Assembly (NCBI RefSeq): GCF_020745735.1 | Contig: NC_083407.1 | Location: 54,179,857-54,243,856 of the forward strand | Length of the DNA stretch: 64,000 nt | Origin: Hemiscyllium ocellatum | Taxonomy: Eukaryota | Direction of reading: 5' to 3' | In this document: piece by piece, positions 12,304-27,400 of the stretch | How positions within the stretch are numbered: the stretch's first letter is position 1 | Layout of the letters: each line of letters starts with the position of its first letter | Notes under the pieces: generated by a model | What the model saw: the letters and a program-made list of their open reading frames with translations, nothing else | Told to the model about the DNA's origin: nothing | The model's database searches: none | Position numbers and translations under genes: made by a program

Positions 12304-12471
12304 ATGGAGCCCAAGCCTTCCAGGAAATCCACAAGATTGCCTGTTGAAGGACACAACTCTTTACCTGCGCCGCCTTCAGGAACAAAAATTTTGTACGAGA
12401 GTAGATCAAATGGCCTTGGTGACTTGTATGCAACAAGAGAAACTCCAAATAAAATTGAAAATGAAATTCAG
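12304..12471 (+). CDS. MARCHF7: MARCHF7 coding exon 1 (exon starts 12293)
   Basis: ttttgcag acceptor at 12291-12292; ATG 12304; [16 protein letters not shown]...ENEIQ; donor CAG|gtaaca; phase 0. Confidence 0.92.
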
Positions 12472-15400
12472 GTAACAGCTCCTTTTTATGTATCTTGTGG
12501 TGATTGTAGCTTAAAAATAAATATCGCAATAACTTGCAATATAACCTTTTTGATGTCTAAAATGTTTAAACTTGTTTTACGGCATGGGGAGAGAAGAAAA
12601 ATGGTTATGTCAGGTATTTTGGAGATGGTAGTTGGATCAGAAAGATGGGTTTTATAAGGGATGTTAATAGTGCTGACAATGGCAAGAAGTTTGGAAATTT
12701 GGGTGAGCTGTTCTATCAACCATGAGGAGGTGCAGAGAAGGTCAAAATTGCATAACTGAAGAATATGAAGGATGGGTAAAGCTGCAAAATGAAAAGATCA
12801 ATAAATAATTTTAAAATCAATTAGATTTTTTTAATGCTTCCAGAAAGCCAGTTGAAGGTAAAAACCTGAGCAAATGTGTTTATTTTCGGTTGTACATTAC
12901 AAGTGTACATCTTTTAATCTAAGGGCCATTGTTTCAGTTGCATAAATGAAATTACAGTTACTGCCCATCGACTGCATACAATAAAACATAATTAATATAA
13001 TGTTAACAAATTGCCTTCTCTCAAAATATAATTACTTCAAAATGAAATGAATCAGATTTCCATATTCTGTACAAACCTCATATTGCAAGACACACCACTT
13101 CTGGAACCCATTGAATAACTTCTTGAGATGCATATTCCTCTTTGTAAAGCAATTTAATAGTTGCACAACCTGCATCCAGCATTAACTTTGCATGTTCCTT
13201 TCTCTCCAGATTTGTTTCAAGCCAACAGGATATGACACTGTCTGACCTGTTGTGCTTTTGCAGCACCACACTTTTAGAATGGTTCTCTGTTAGCCTTGTA
13301 TGCTTTTCATCAAGTGCACCTACATTAATTTTACACAATTTTTAACCTTTGGCAAGTATGATGAACAACTGTCTGTGACCCTTGTGTCTTTTTTTTTTCT
13401 TTTTAATCAATGCCATTAATATTCCTCTTCACACTCTGAGGTACACAGGTTTTGTAAAAGGGATATAATGTTTTGACTGGTTAAACACAGATCCTCTGAC
13501 TTTCCAAATATAAATTGTCCTGATATGCTCCAAAATCACATTTCAGTTGTATTTTTCTTTTGTAGAAATTGCTGGAGAAACTCAGGTCAAGCAGCATCTG
13601 TGGAGAGAAACAATTAAGTTCCTTTCAGGAACACTTAAATGAAATGCTAGATACAGTCATCAACTACTGAATTGTTTTGGTTTTTTTTCCCTTTTTTTTA
13701 ATAGGTTTACTCAACAGGAGGCATCTGACAATAAATGATATTACTACTCAAAGAGGCTTATTCTAACCATTTTCTATAAAATTCAAACTCTTCAGTTGCC
13801 ATCTGTATTATTCCAAATCTAAAGCAAGTAGCGCTGTTGCTGTGTTGATCCTCATTACTTAGTGAATCAAAATGACATTTTACTCAAATTGTTGCACGTA
13901 TTGTTGAAATGCCAACCCTATCAAACAGTTAAAGCAGTGTACAACTAACACATTCACTCTGACCAAAACTTGTGATCAGCGTAATTTGTTGGAATGCATC
14001 ATTTTCTTCACCCTTTTCCTCAGAACTTTGTGTAATTCTGGAGATCCTGCCTCTTATGTTTTGGGCAATTCACTGCGTAATGATACTTTGAGTCACACTA
14101 TAAGTACTTATAACTGTTCTTTAGGTCCCTTTATTTTTATTATATTAATTGTCATTTACACTAATAATTACATCTGTTAAAGGTGTTTTTATCCTCATTT
14201 TGTTTGACCTTCATCTTACATTGATGCCATTGCCCAGCATTTGGATAATTTCAAAATCAAGCAACATTAATTCCTCAATTCTTTTGTCATCTTGGAATGT
14301 ATCATTTGTTCTATGAAAACTCAATAAAACTGCTTACCCAGGAACTTTGTTCCGAGGCAGCAGAAACATATTCTAATTTGATCTACATCTCAGAACTGAA
14401 GTACCAGTTGGAACCCATGGTCTGTCCCTTCAAAAAGGCATTCGTAGCTGAGACCAAATTGTTTTCCATTGCAACATATTCTTTATTTGGAGGAAGTGGG
14501 TGGAGTTAAAGTGAGATTTGTTTTTTGAGAATTAGTTCAGTAAGCTAGGAAGTTAGGTGAAGGCAATTTGGGAATTTGTCAGCTTCCATTCAAGGAATAA
14601 GCTTAACTCTCAGACTATGTTGTAGTCAAAGGTTAGGTGATTTGGGTGTCATTGGTGAAAAGATGATGGTTAGGGCCAGGAAACTGGAAGTGCACTGGTA
14701 TGCTGGTTATCGTTACAGTGACATATTATCAGTCCAAGGAGCCTTCTTATTCTAGTTCTTTGTCTTTTATATTCAGAATGTGTTGGTTATGGGAACAGAT
14801 ACCTCTGCTGTTACTGATAAAATGCAGCAAGTTTGCATGTTATATATTGTGTTGATCGTTGAGTCTGAGTTCTGCCTGATATTGCTTTTTCAATAAATCC
14901 AGGTTTCCCCGTGCTCCCTTTTGTCAACTCTTCCAATTTATTGCCTTACAACTGTTAATATTTTGTGCAGGAGTCTCAATTGCATCATAATGCCCGTGGA
15001 GACTTTCCTATATCTGAACCAGAATGCAGTGAATATCAATTGAAACTATCAACTACCACTTCAACACACAACTCAAGATCTGAAAGACCGTGGCCTGTGG
15101 GTTTTTCGGGAACCAGAATGGTATACCAATTTCAAATTTGGAAATGAAGTGTCATTGCTGCTTACTGATTTAAAGATCCATTAACTTTACAGTAGTGTTA
15201 ACATTTAAAACACTATCAAATTTATTTTTTTCACAGTTCTCCACATCTGAAGGTTGTCATTTGTCTGCACCTTTGCAGTCTACTTTATATAATGAAACAG
15301 AGAGACTTCCAGGAGCATCTTCAAGATGTTTAACACCCCAGAATGTTGATTCCAAGAGGCCTAAACTTGTGTCAACTTATTCTCCTAGAAATGGTGCCGA

Positions 15401-18400
15401 TTGTGAGAGAAACAATTCAGGTATTTCTCCTTCGTCCCATCACATGAACATCATTTGCAATCAGCACTTTCTCTCCCTTCTTCTGAGGGACTTATAGCTA
15501 CAGGTGTTAGCTTTATGATACTCAACATATTGTTCTAAGATGAGTATTACAATGAGATTGAGTGGCTACGGCTACCTCTTGATTCTGTTGTCTCTCTTTC
15601 TACTGTAGCGGAGAACTGACATGATATTCAGAACCATGTTATCACATTGAACAAGAAGTTCGATTACTATTTGCTTGATGTTTTTAGTTGCTGACCTCCA
15701 TTGTAACTGTTCTTATGTCACGCAACATCAGGTTATAATCCAACAGGTTTATTTGAAATCACAAGCCTTAGGAGTGCTGCTCCTTCATCAGTTGAAATGA
15801 AGAAAAGCGCACAGGCACGGAATTTATGATGTGGAGGTGCCAGTGTTGGACTGGAGTGGGCAAAGTGTTTTTTAAAAAAATCACACAACACCGGGTTATA
15901 GTCCAACAGGTTTATTTGGAAGCACTTGCACTCGAAGTGCTGCTCTTTCATCGGGTAGTTGTGGAGCAGGATCATAAGACACAGACTTTATAGCAAAAGA
16001 TTACAGTATCATGAAACTGAAATGATATGTTGAACAAACCTAGATTGCTGTTAAGTCTTTTATCTTTTCGAATGGGCTGCAGGTTTCATTTCATTAATAT
16101 GTAAATCCCAGAACTTGCTTTAAGTCACATTCTCGAGATAACTTAGTCTTGTAAAAACTCAAGATTGTAAAACAGACGCATTCTAACCTCACACCTTTAA
16201 TACATTTGTATGAGCTGAGATGTCACCATTTTATAAAACCTTAAGTTATCTCAAGAATGTAACTTAAAAGTAGTTCAGGGATTTACATAATAATGAATCG
16301 AAACCTGCAACCCATTCTAAAAGATTAGATTCCCTACAGCGTGGAAACAGGCCCTTCGGTCTACACTGACCCTCCGAAGAGTAAACCACCCAGACTCATT
16401 TCCCTCTGACTAATGCACCCAACACTATGGGCAATTTAGCATGGCCGATTCACCTGACTTGCACATCTTTGAACTGTGGGAGGGAACCGGAGCACCCAGA
16501 GGAAACCTACGCAGACACGGGGAGAATGTGCAAACTCCACACAGGCAGTCGCCCGAGGTTGGAATCGAACATGGGACCCTGGTGCTGTGAGGCAGCAATG
16601 CTCACCACTGAGCCACTGCCGCCCAATGAAAGGTGAAAGACCCAATGAACACAGACTGCCAATATCTCAGCTACAAATCCCAACAAGCAGACAAAACATG
16701 TCCAGAAACCCTCGCCACTCTCCCCTACATCAAAGACCTCTTGGAAATGACTGCCAGGCTACTCAGACCTCTTGGCATCATGGTAGCCCACAAACCCACC
16801 AACACACTAAAACAGCAGCTAATGAACTTGAAAGATCCCTATACAGACAACAAGCAAAACTAATGTCATTTACAAAATACCTTGCAAGACATGTAACAAC
16901 ACTACATTGGACAAACAGGCAGAAAACTAGCCACCAGGATGCATAACATCAACTAGCCACATAAAGACATGACTCACTCTCAGTAGTAGCCTTACATAGA
17001 GATGTGCAAAGCTACCCATATTTGTCCTGTACACTCAAAGCAAAACCAAAACAAACTGGCCAATTACCAGACTATCAGAATACTCTGAATCATCAGTCAA
17101 CTTATGGAAGGTGCCATCAACAAGTAGCCCTTGCTAAGCAACCCTAACTATAACGTTATCCCTTAATGCTCAGTTTGGATTCCACCAGAACCTTCAACTC
17201 CTGACCTCATTATAGTCTTGGTTCGAATGTAGACAATAGAGATGAAAACAGGTGGCTAGAATTTGGCAGTGGAGGAGGCCCAGGACTTGCATGTCCTTGG
17301 CAGAGTGGGAGGGGGTGTTGAAGTATTCGGCAATTGGTCAGTGGAGTTGTTTAGTGCGTGTGTCCCAGTGTTGTTCTCTGAAATGTTCTGTAGGTTGGCG
17401 TTTTATCTGTCCAATGTAGAGGAGAACACTTCGAGAGCAATGGCCACAATAGATGACATGTGGAAGTTCAAGAAAATCTGTCGGGTGTGGAAGGATCCTT
17501 TGGGGCCTTGGATGGAGGTTGGGGTGAGGTGTGGGTGCAGGTTTTATACCTCTTGCAGCGGCAAGAGAAGGTGTTGGGAATGAAGGGTGGGTTGATGGGG
17601 GATGGGGTGGGGGAGTTGACGGCGCGGACCTAACACTGGATTCGCGGAGTGAATGGTCTCTGTGGAATGCAGATGGAGTGGGGAGGGAAATATGTCTGTG
17701 GTGGCGGAGTCTGTTTGAAGGTGGTGGAAATGGTAGAGGATGATGCATTATATCCGGAGGTTGGTGAGATGGAAGGTGAGGACCGAGGGGAGGGCTCTGT
17801 CCTTGTTGTGATTGGAGGTGCGGGGTTGAAGGGTGGAGGTGTGGGAAGCGGAGGAGATGCACTGGAGGGCATTGTTGACCACGTTGGAGGGGAAATTACA
17901 GTCCTACTATCTCCTCGATTTCTCTTTTTTTTTTGACATCTCCACGAACCGAGTTGAAAACATGACATTGAAGTTAACACTTGTAAAAATCAGTCTGTCA
18001 TTAGTATGACCAGAGAGCTATAATGTGTTCATGTCTTGTTCTTAAAGCTTTGGTTGAACTTCATTTCGGCTGCAGAAAGACTAAACCCGGGGGTCCGAGG
18101 GCAAATTGGGAAAACCAAGGCCATACTTGAAATAAAAGGAATTCAGTGAAACATTCACTAATTAATTTTATGTACTACAGAGGAATTGCCAAGAATACAC
18201 TGTCTTTGGATAAATGTGATCTGGGGTGGGAAGATATTCTGTGTTTGTGTTGCATCTTCTGTAGTTTTGTCAAAGATGTCAGAAAGCGTGCTAAAAATAA
18301 GAATAAAGTAAAATTTGCTTGTCTTTGGAAAGGAAATGAGGGCTAAGCCCAGGAAGGGAATAGATTGGTAGAAGTTACAGGAAAGACTGTGAAGTTGAAC

Positions 18401-21400
18401 ACTCTCTCTCTATTTCTTCACTTTTCTACCTTTATATTCTACGTTTGGTTTATTTTTCTATATTTTAAGGTAGCGCTGGACAGTGGTAACACTATACAAC
18501 ACTTCTCACTGTGTTTTGTCACCAGATATGTGACAGTAAAATAAATCAAATGGAATGATAGTGGGAGGGGGCACCAGTGTAGCTTATCGGCCAAATTAAC
18601 TCGCCACCAATTCAAATCCCACTTAGAGTCATAGAGATGTACAGCATGGAAACAGACCCTTCCGTCCAACCTGTCCATGCCGACCAAATATCCCAACCCA
18701 ATCTAGTCCCACCTGCCCACATCCGGCCCATATCCCTCCAACTCCTTCCTGTTCATATACCCATCCAAATGCCTTTTAAATATTGCAATTGTACCAGCCT
18801 ACACGACTTCCTCTGGCAGCTCATTCCATACACGTACCACCCTCTGTGTGAAAAAGTTGCCTCTTGGGTCCCTTTTATATCTATCCCTTCTGACCCTAAA
18901 CCTATGCCTTCCAGTTCTGGACTCCCCGACCCCAGGAAAAGACTTTGTCTATTTATCCTATTCATGCCCCTCATAATTTTGTAAACCTCTAAAGGTCACC
19001 CCTCAGCCTCCGACGCTCCAGGGAAAACAGCCACAGCCTGTTCAGCGTCTCCCTATAGCTCAAATCCTCCAATCCTGGCAACATCCTTGTAAATCTTTTC
19101 TGAGCCCTTTCAAGTTTCACAACATCTCTATTCAGCAACACTCCCTAGGACCTTACCATTAAGTGTATAAGTCCTGTAAAGATTTGCTTTCCCAAAATGC
19201 AGCACCTCGCTGCACCTGCCACCTCTCAGCCCATTGGCCCACTGGGCAAGATCCTGTTGTAATCGGAGGTAACCTTCTTTACTGTCCACTACACCTCCAA
19301 TTTTGATGTCATCAGCAAACTTATTAACTGTACCTCTTATGCTCTCATTCAAATCGTTATATAAATGACAAAAAGTAGTGGACCCAGCACTGATCCTTGT
19401 GGCACTCCACTGGTCACAGGCCTCCAGTCTGAAAAGCAACCCTCCACCACCACCCTCTGTTTTCAACCTTTGAGCCAGTTCTGCATCCATTTGGCTAGTT
19501 CTCCCTGTATTCCATGAGTCTAACCTTGCTAACCAGTCTTCCATGGGGAACCTTGTCGAACGCTTTACTGAAGTCAATGTAGATCACATCTATCGCTCTG
19601 CCTTGGTTCATAGCCTTCAGACACAAAATTCAGGTTCATTTTAACTAAGTTGAGGGTTTTTGTCTCAACTACCCAACCAGGCAGTGAATTATTTTCTCTT
19701 GTAGTCCCTAACTCTTCCACCAATCACCTTAAATCTGTGCCCTGGTAACAGACCTCTCTGCTAGGGTCCATTGGTTTTCCCTGTCTACTTTATACAAGCC
19801 CCTCATTGTTTTGTATGCCTCAATTAAGTTGTCCCTCAGCTTCCTCTGTTCTATCCAACCTTTCCTCCGACCTGTACTACTCAGGCACTAACAACATTTT
19901 TTGGAAGTCTCTTCTGGACTCTCTCCAAAGCTATTGTCAATCTTATAATGTGGTGACAGGAACTGTGCACATAATTCCATCTGTGACCTCATCAATATCT
20001 TCAGTAGTTCCAGAATTTACGTCCCTGTTCTCATATTCAATACTTCATCTAATGAAGAAAAGCATCCCATATTCCTTCTTTACCACTATATCTTCCTGTC
20101 CTGTCACCTGCAGAGACTTGGGGATGTGTAATCCAAGCTTGTAAATGCCATTTACTTCTCAGAGTTATCAAGTACAACATGGAAACAGACCCTTTGGTCC
20201 AACCTGTTCATGCCGACCAGATATCCTAAATTAATCTAGTCCAGTTTGCTGCCATTTAGCCCATATCCCTCTTAACTCTCATTCAGATAGCTATCCCGAT
20301 ACCTCTTAAATGTTGTAATTGTACCCACCTCCACCCCTTCCTCTGGCAGTTCATTCTATACATGCACCACCCTCCTACGTGAAAAATTTGTCCTTTTGGG
20401 TCCCTTTTAAAGCTTTTCCCATCTCACCTTAAACCTCTAGTTTGGTACTCTGCTACCCTGAGGAAAAGGCCTTGACTGTTTGCCCTACACATGCACCTCA
20501 TGATTTTATAAACTTCAATAAGATCACCCTCAGTCCAACACTCCAGAGAAAATAGCCCCAGGCTATTCAGCCTCTCCCTATAACCAACTCTGGTAACATT
20601 CTTGTAAATCTTTTCTGAGCGCTTTGAAGTTTCACGACATCCTTCCTATTAGCAGGGAGACGAGAATTGAACACAGTATTCCAAAAGTGGCCTAACCAAT
20701 GTCCTGTCCAGCCTTAACATGACCTCCTAACTCCTTTCACTATCCTAACTACCTGTGAGATCATACTTTTGAGGAGCTATGAACCTGCATTCTGAGGTCT
20801 CTTTGTTCAGTAACACTCCCAGGATCTTACCCTAAGTGTGTAAGTCCTGCTCTAATTTGCTTATCCAAAATGCAGCACCTCTCATTTATCTAAACTAAAT
20901 TCCATCTGCCACTCCTTAGTCCATTAGCCCATCTGATCAAGGTCACATTGTACTCTTTGCTGTCCACTGCACCTTCAATTTTGGTGTCATCAACAAACTT
21001 ATTAACTATATCTCCTGTGTTCACATCCAAATCATTTATATAAATGATGAAAAGTATTGGACCCATCATCAATCCTTGTACCCCACTGCTGGTCACTGGC
21101 TTCTAATTTGAAAAGCAATCCTCTGCCATCACCCTCTGTCTCCTACCTTTTGAGTCAGTTCTGTATCCAAGTGGCTAGTTGTTCCTTTGTTCCATATGAT
21201 CTAATCTTGCTAACCAGTCTACCATGCAGAACCTGTTGAGCGCCTTACTGAAGTCCAGATAGATCACATCCATCCACTCTGCTTTCATTAATTCTCTTTG
21301 TTGCTTGAAAAAACTCAATTAAGTTAGTAAGACACAATTTCCCACGTACAAAGCCATGTTGACTATCCCTGAACGGTCCTTGCAATTCTATCAATATCCT

Positions 21401-24400
21401 CCTGTTTATTCTGTAGTCTGTTGCTTTTTGTCTTTCTCAAACTAATTTGACACTTCTGCCCATGTAAACTTCATCAACAATCATCGACATTCAAATGCAT
21501 GTCAAATTGTTGTGGTTCGCAAATTTTCCAATTATACGGCCTACATTCAAGACCAAGTCATTAATGCATATCACAAACAACAATGGAGCCAAAACAAAGC
21601 ATCATTAGAAATCACTTGCCCTTTGCAAAATCATCTGTCAACTGTTACACTTTGTTTCCTGTAACCGAGCCAGTTTTGGATCCAACTCATCACTTTCCCC
21701 TGTATTCCAGTGACTTCAGTTTTTAACAATCTGCCATTTGCGACCTTAATTAAAATCCACAGACAACATTGATTGCACCACCCTCATCAATCCATTTTTG
21801 TTTCCTCAAAAACACCAAATAAGCTAGCAAGGTGTGAGCTTCCCTTTGCAAAACACTGCTGACTATCCCTGATTAATCTCTGCATTTCCGAGTAGCAGAT
21901 AATCCTATTTAAATGTTGATTCCAATTACTTACCCATCAGAGATCAGACTGCCTTGCAATTATTTGAAACATCCATTGCAACGTTTTTGAATAATGTAAC
22001 AACGTTTGCAGACTCCCTATCCTCTGCCACCATGCCTACATCTGGTGCAGCTTGGAAAATGATCCTCAGAGCATCCATTATTTCTTTCCTCACTTCCTTT
22101 AAACAACCTGGGATACTTTTCATCTGGCCATGGTGATTCCTCCATCTTCAGAGAGGCTGATCACTTTGATACTTCCGTTCTCATTATCCTTATTTATATA
22201 GTATTTCCACACTTCTCCTGTTCAACTGAAATGTCTGCATTTTCCCTCTCAATTGTGAAGATAGAGAGAAAATGCTCATAGAGAGCCCTGCCTATATTCT
22301 CTGCACCCATGCACAAGTTACTATGTGGATCTCTGACAAGCACAGACCTTTCCATAGACACCTTTTGCTCAATGTAATGAAAAAATTTTTTACTGGTCAG
22401 TGTTTCTTTGAATCTTTCATTTCTGCTTTCCTAATTTTATTTTTCACTTTACCCCTTCACTTTTTCTGTAATCCTCCAAGACTCCCCAAGTATCACTTTT
22501 TTTGAAATTGGCATAAGCTCTTAATTTTCAACTTTATCTTAACTCCAGATTTGACAGTACCACCTTTTTTAAAATGATAATACATCTATACTGTGCTTGT
22601 TGAATCTCACTTTTTTGCCTAGCATTGACTTGTCACTTACTTTCCTTCAGCTAGCTTTGACCAGTCCTCCTCATTTACTCTTGTTCCATCTTTGTACCTT
22701 TCCATCATGATGCTAAATCTATTATGATCATTATCTCCAGTGCCATTTACTGCTACTTTAACCCCTTGCTCAGCTTCATTTCCCTGAAGCTAAATCTAGA
22801 ATTCCACCTCATTGGTCTCATTACCTGCTGGCTTTAAAAATAAGCTTGCAATGTAGTTCAGCAATTGTATGCCTGCTGTCTCTTTCACAATAGTTGCATT
22901 CCACTGATATTTTAGTCCCCAGTTAAAGTCCCTGGCTATTATGGCCTGTTTAGAACTTACTTGGATTCTGTTATCACTTACCCTTTCACCCATATCTGTG
23001 GTGCCAATGACTTAGCTCTGGCTGAATTTTCTTGAGGACAGTTGCCCCTCACCAAAATCCAAAATGGAATACAGGTTAGCAAGCACAAGAGACTTGGGAC
23101 TCTGCACGGACTAGCTAGTTCTTTTAAACTGCCTGGCAGGCATCTATTCCCCCGCTGCCTGTATGCTTCTAACTTACTGGCTTCCTCCACCACACTTAAG
23201 TTGAAATTGCAGCCCAACAGGTTTAACCCTGTGCAGGTTTAAGTCTGTCAATCTGGTCCTAGTGAAACCCCTGATATATCTGCATCTTTAAGCATGAGCA
23301 TTGGACACTGCTCTTACTGGCATGCCAATGTACAGAGCCTCCAATTGACTGACAGCTCTCTGGCAGGACAGTTCTTAGAGATGTGTAAGTTAAAGCATGG
23401 TATGCTAATTAAGTGGAGATGGATTCATCCTTGACATTTTACAATGAAGTGCAGAAAGCCCACCCTCAATGCATTACGCAGAATCAGAATGCAGCAGCTA
23501 ACAGTGAGTAACCTGTTTTGCAAAGAAAATTTGCTTAAAATTTGATGGCAATCCATGCTTTATTTATAACATAATGATAGTTGAATTGAAAAATTGAGAA
23601 TGAGAGCTTGGAAAATGGAGTGTTGCTTTTTAATATGGAGAGTAATAAAATTCCAAATGACATTCAGTTTGACTTTTCAGTCATTGGTTTAAAGTGTCTC
23701 TTTCAGTCTTGACTGCCATTTAAAAAATGGGCCTGAAGACAAATGTCTTGTGAGCTGTGAGTATATTGTTTTGATCAAATGAGTTGGTTAATTCACTTGG
23801 TTTCCATGATGTTTCTTAATTTGAATTGGCTGAATAATAACTGCTGAAGAGCTCTGTGTGAATGTCTCTAAGAATAGCCCAGAGCACAGCTGACTCATTA
23901 GATAGTGTACACTAATGTTTACAATATTGTTCACTCCTTTAAAAGCTGACAATTACATAGCTGTGCAGATCACTATTTTACTTTTTCTGTTTCCAATATT
24001 GTATTGATTTGGATTGTATTCCTTGTGCAGTTTCAGAATTTGGTAAACAGATTTTTTTCTGTGTCTCAGATTCGATGTGGAGGTGCTCTCAGTTTCCAAG
24101 ATCATCAGCTGTGCAATTCAATTCAACATCTCGAGGTGAAACTATCTTCAGTGAAGGAATTGAGATGGAAAGGAGAACAGAGTCCAGTCCTGAAGAAGGT
24201 GACAAACTTAGTCATGGAAGTAACAATTAACCATGGGTACAACTTAATACCATTTACCCATTCAAAATGTTTTCGCATCACCGAGCACAGCAAAATCCTT
24301 CAGTCCAACCATAATCCCAAACTAAACTAGTCCCAACTGCTTGCCTTTGGTCCATATTCCTCAAAACATATTCTTAATCATGCAATTATCGAAATGTCAC

Positions 24401-27400
24401 TTAAACATTGTAAATATATTCGCATTCACCACTTCCTTTGGAAGTTCGTTCCACACAAACCACTGTGTTTAAAACAAATGTTCCCAGCAACATTCTACTA
24501 GATCTGTACTGAAGCCTCTCCCATTTAATAATATCCTCCCTATAACAGGGCAACCAGAACTGTACGCAGTAATCTACAACTGGCTCCACCGACACCCTGA
24601 GCAACCTTCAACATGACATCCCAACTCTTTTACTCAAAGGTCTGAGCAATGAAGGCAAGTGTGCTAAATGCCGCCTTAACTAGCCTGTTTACATGTGATA
24701 CAAATTTTCAAGAATTATATACTTGAACCCCTAAGTGTCTCTGTTCTACTATCCAAGGCTCTATATTGTATAATTCCTGCCCTTAAATTTTACTAAAATG
24801 TTATATTATGCAGGGATATCTGGTCAGCATGGACGGGTTGGACCAAAGGGTCTGTTTCCATGCTGTACATCTCTATGACTCTATGCCACTCCTCAGTCCA
24901 TTGACTGAATTGACCAAGCATTTGAATGTTTCATTCTTAAACTCGATAAAATGATAGTCAGCTTTGTGTTTTAGAAGTATTTTGCAATCAACATCATGTC
25001 CACACTGCTTGCGACATTAAACTCCAATAATTACTGAGACCTTTGAAGTAGGTAGTTTCACTTTTCCATCAATAAAGAGGCCTTGTGATAACATTCCCGC
25101 AAGTGAACTTGAAACTCTGAGTTCAGGTTCCAATCCCACTCAGTCCTTTATGACCAAGGAAAGTGTGTTCATTTTGTCTTTCTTTCTAGATTTCTTTTCT
25201 GCATTTATAATGGATTATCTGAAATAATTCCTGAATTCTAGAAGCGTCCTTTTGTTTAGAAGAATAGTATTTTATGTGTAAGAGTAAACACAGTGAGATG
25301 CATGGTCAAATCACGTGGTAGGTGAAAAACAGAACATAGTGTACAGTACAGGCCCTTCGGCCTTCGATGTTGCGCTGAACTATAAGATTAATCTGATGCC
25401 CATCTAACCTACACCGTTCCATTATTATCCATATGTATGTCCAAAGCCCGTATAAATGCCCTTAATGTCGGCGAGTCTACTACTGTTGCAGGCAGACCAT
25501 TCCACGCCCTTACTATACTCTGAGTAAAGAAACTACCCCTGCTATCTGTCCGAAATCTATCACCCCTCAATTTAAAACTATGTCCCTCGTGTTAGCCTTC
25601 ACCATCCCAGGAAAAAGACTCTCACTGTCCACCCTATCTAACCCTCTGATTATCTTACACGTCAACCTTCTCTCCAACAAAAACAGCTTCCATTTCCTCA
25701 GCCTTTCCCCATAAGACCTTCCCTCCATACCAGGCAACATCCTAGTAAATCTCCTCTGAACCCTTTCCAAAACTTCCACATCCTTCCTACAATGCGGTGA
25801 CTAGAACTGTATGCAGTACTCCAGCTCCGGCCTTACCAGTATCTTGTACAGCTGAAGCTTCAGCTTGTGACTGCAAAATTCAAACCTCTACCAATAAACA
25901 CTAACACACCATATGCCTCCTTAACAACCCTATCAACCTGGGAATTATGCATCTGGACACCTGAGATCTCTCTGTTCATCTACACTGCCAAGAACTTTAC
26001 CATTAGCCCAGTACTGTGCTTTCCTGTTAGTACTTCCGAAGTGAACTACCTCACACTTCTCTGCAATAACTCCATCTGTCACTTCAGCCCAGCTCTGCAT
26101 CTTATCTATGTCTCTCTGTAACCCACAGCATCCTTCGGCACTGTCCACCGCTCTACTGACTTTAGTGTCATCTGCAAATTTACTAACCAATCCTTCTATG
26201 CCCACATCCAGGTAATTAATAAAAATGACAAACAACAATGGCCCCAAAACAGATCCTTGCAGCTCACTACTGATAATAAGCTCCAGGATGAACATTTCCC
26301 ATCGACCACCACCTCTGTCTTCTTTCAGCTAGTCAAATCAGCTAGGCACAGTGGCTCAGTGTTTAGCACTGCTGTCTCACAGTGCCAGGGACCCAGGTTC
26401 GATTCCAGGCTCGGGTGACTGTCTTCGTGGAGTTTGCACATTCTCTCCGTGTCAGCATGGGTTTCCTCTGGGTGCTCTGGCTTCCTCCCACAGTCCAAAG
26501 ATGCGCAGGTTAGGTGAATTGGCCATGCTAAATTTCCCATAGTGTTAGGTGCATTAGTCACAGGGAAATGGGTCTGGGTAGGTTAATCTTCAGAGGGTTG
26601 GTGTCGCCTTGTTGGCCGATGGGCCTGTTTCCACATTGTGGAGAATCTAATCTAATTTCTGATTCAAACTGCTAAATCAACTTCAATTCCAAAACTCAGT
26701 ATTTTGTGCAATAGCCTACTGTGTGGAACCTTATCGAATGCCTTACTGAAGTCAATATATACCACCTCAACTGCTTTATCTTCATCCACCTGTTTTGTCA
26801 CCTTCTCAAAGAACTCTAAGGTTAGTTCAGCACGATGTACCTTTCACAAAACTGTGTTGACTATCCCTAATCAAATTATTCCTTTCCAGATGATTACAAA
26901 TCCTATCTCTCATAACCTTTTCCAACACCTTACCTACAACCTGACGTAAGGCCCATAATTACCAAGGTTGTCCCAACTTCCCTCCTTAAACTAAAGAACA
27001 GCAGTCTTCTGGTACTGCTCCTGTTGACATTGATGACATAAAGATCAAAGCCAAAGGCTCTGCAATCTCTTCCCTGGCTTCCCAGAGAATCTGAACATAA
27101 GCCTGTGGGCCGGATGGGATTTATCTATTTTAGGATCTTCCAAAATTGCTAAAACCTTCTTTGTCAACCGCAATCCCATCCAATCTAGTAGCCTGTACCT
27201 CCATATTCACTCTCACTTTACCCTTTTCCAATGTGAATACTGACAAAAAGTATCCATTAAACGCTCCCCCTATGATTCTACACACGACTTTCCACTACTG
27301 TCTTTAATTGGCCCTAATCTTACTCTCGTCATTCTTTTATTCCTGGCATCCCTATAGAAGGGCTTAGGGTTTTCTTTGATCCTATCTGCCAACAACATCT

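Noticed and set aside
24228-24230. In-frame TAA suggesting MARCHF7 is a pseudogene
   Set aside because: Two phase-compatible donors precede it, and all other exons and the RING-CH ligands are intact
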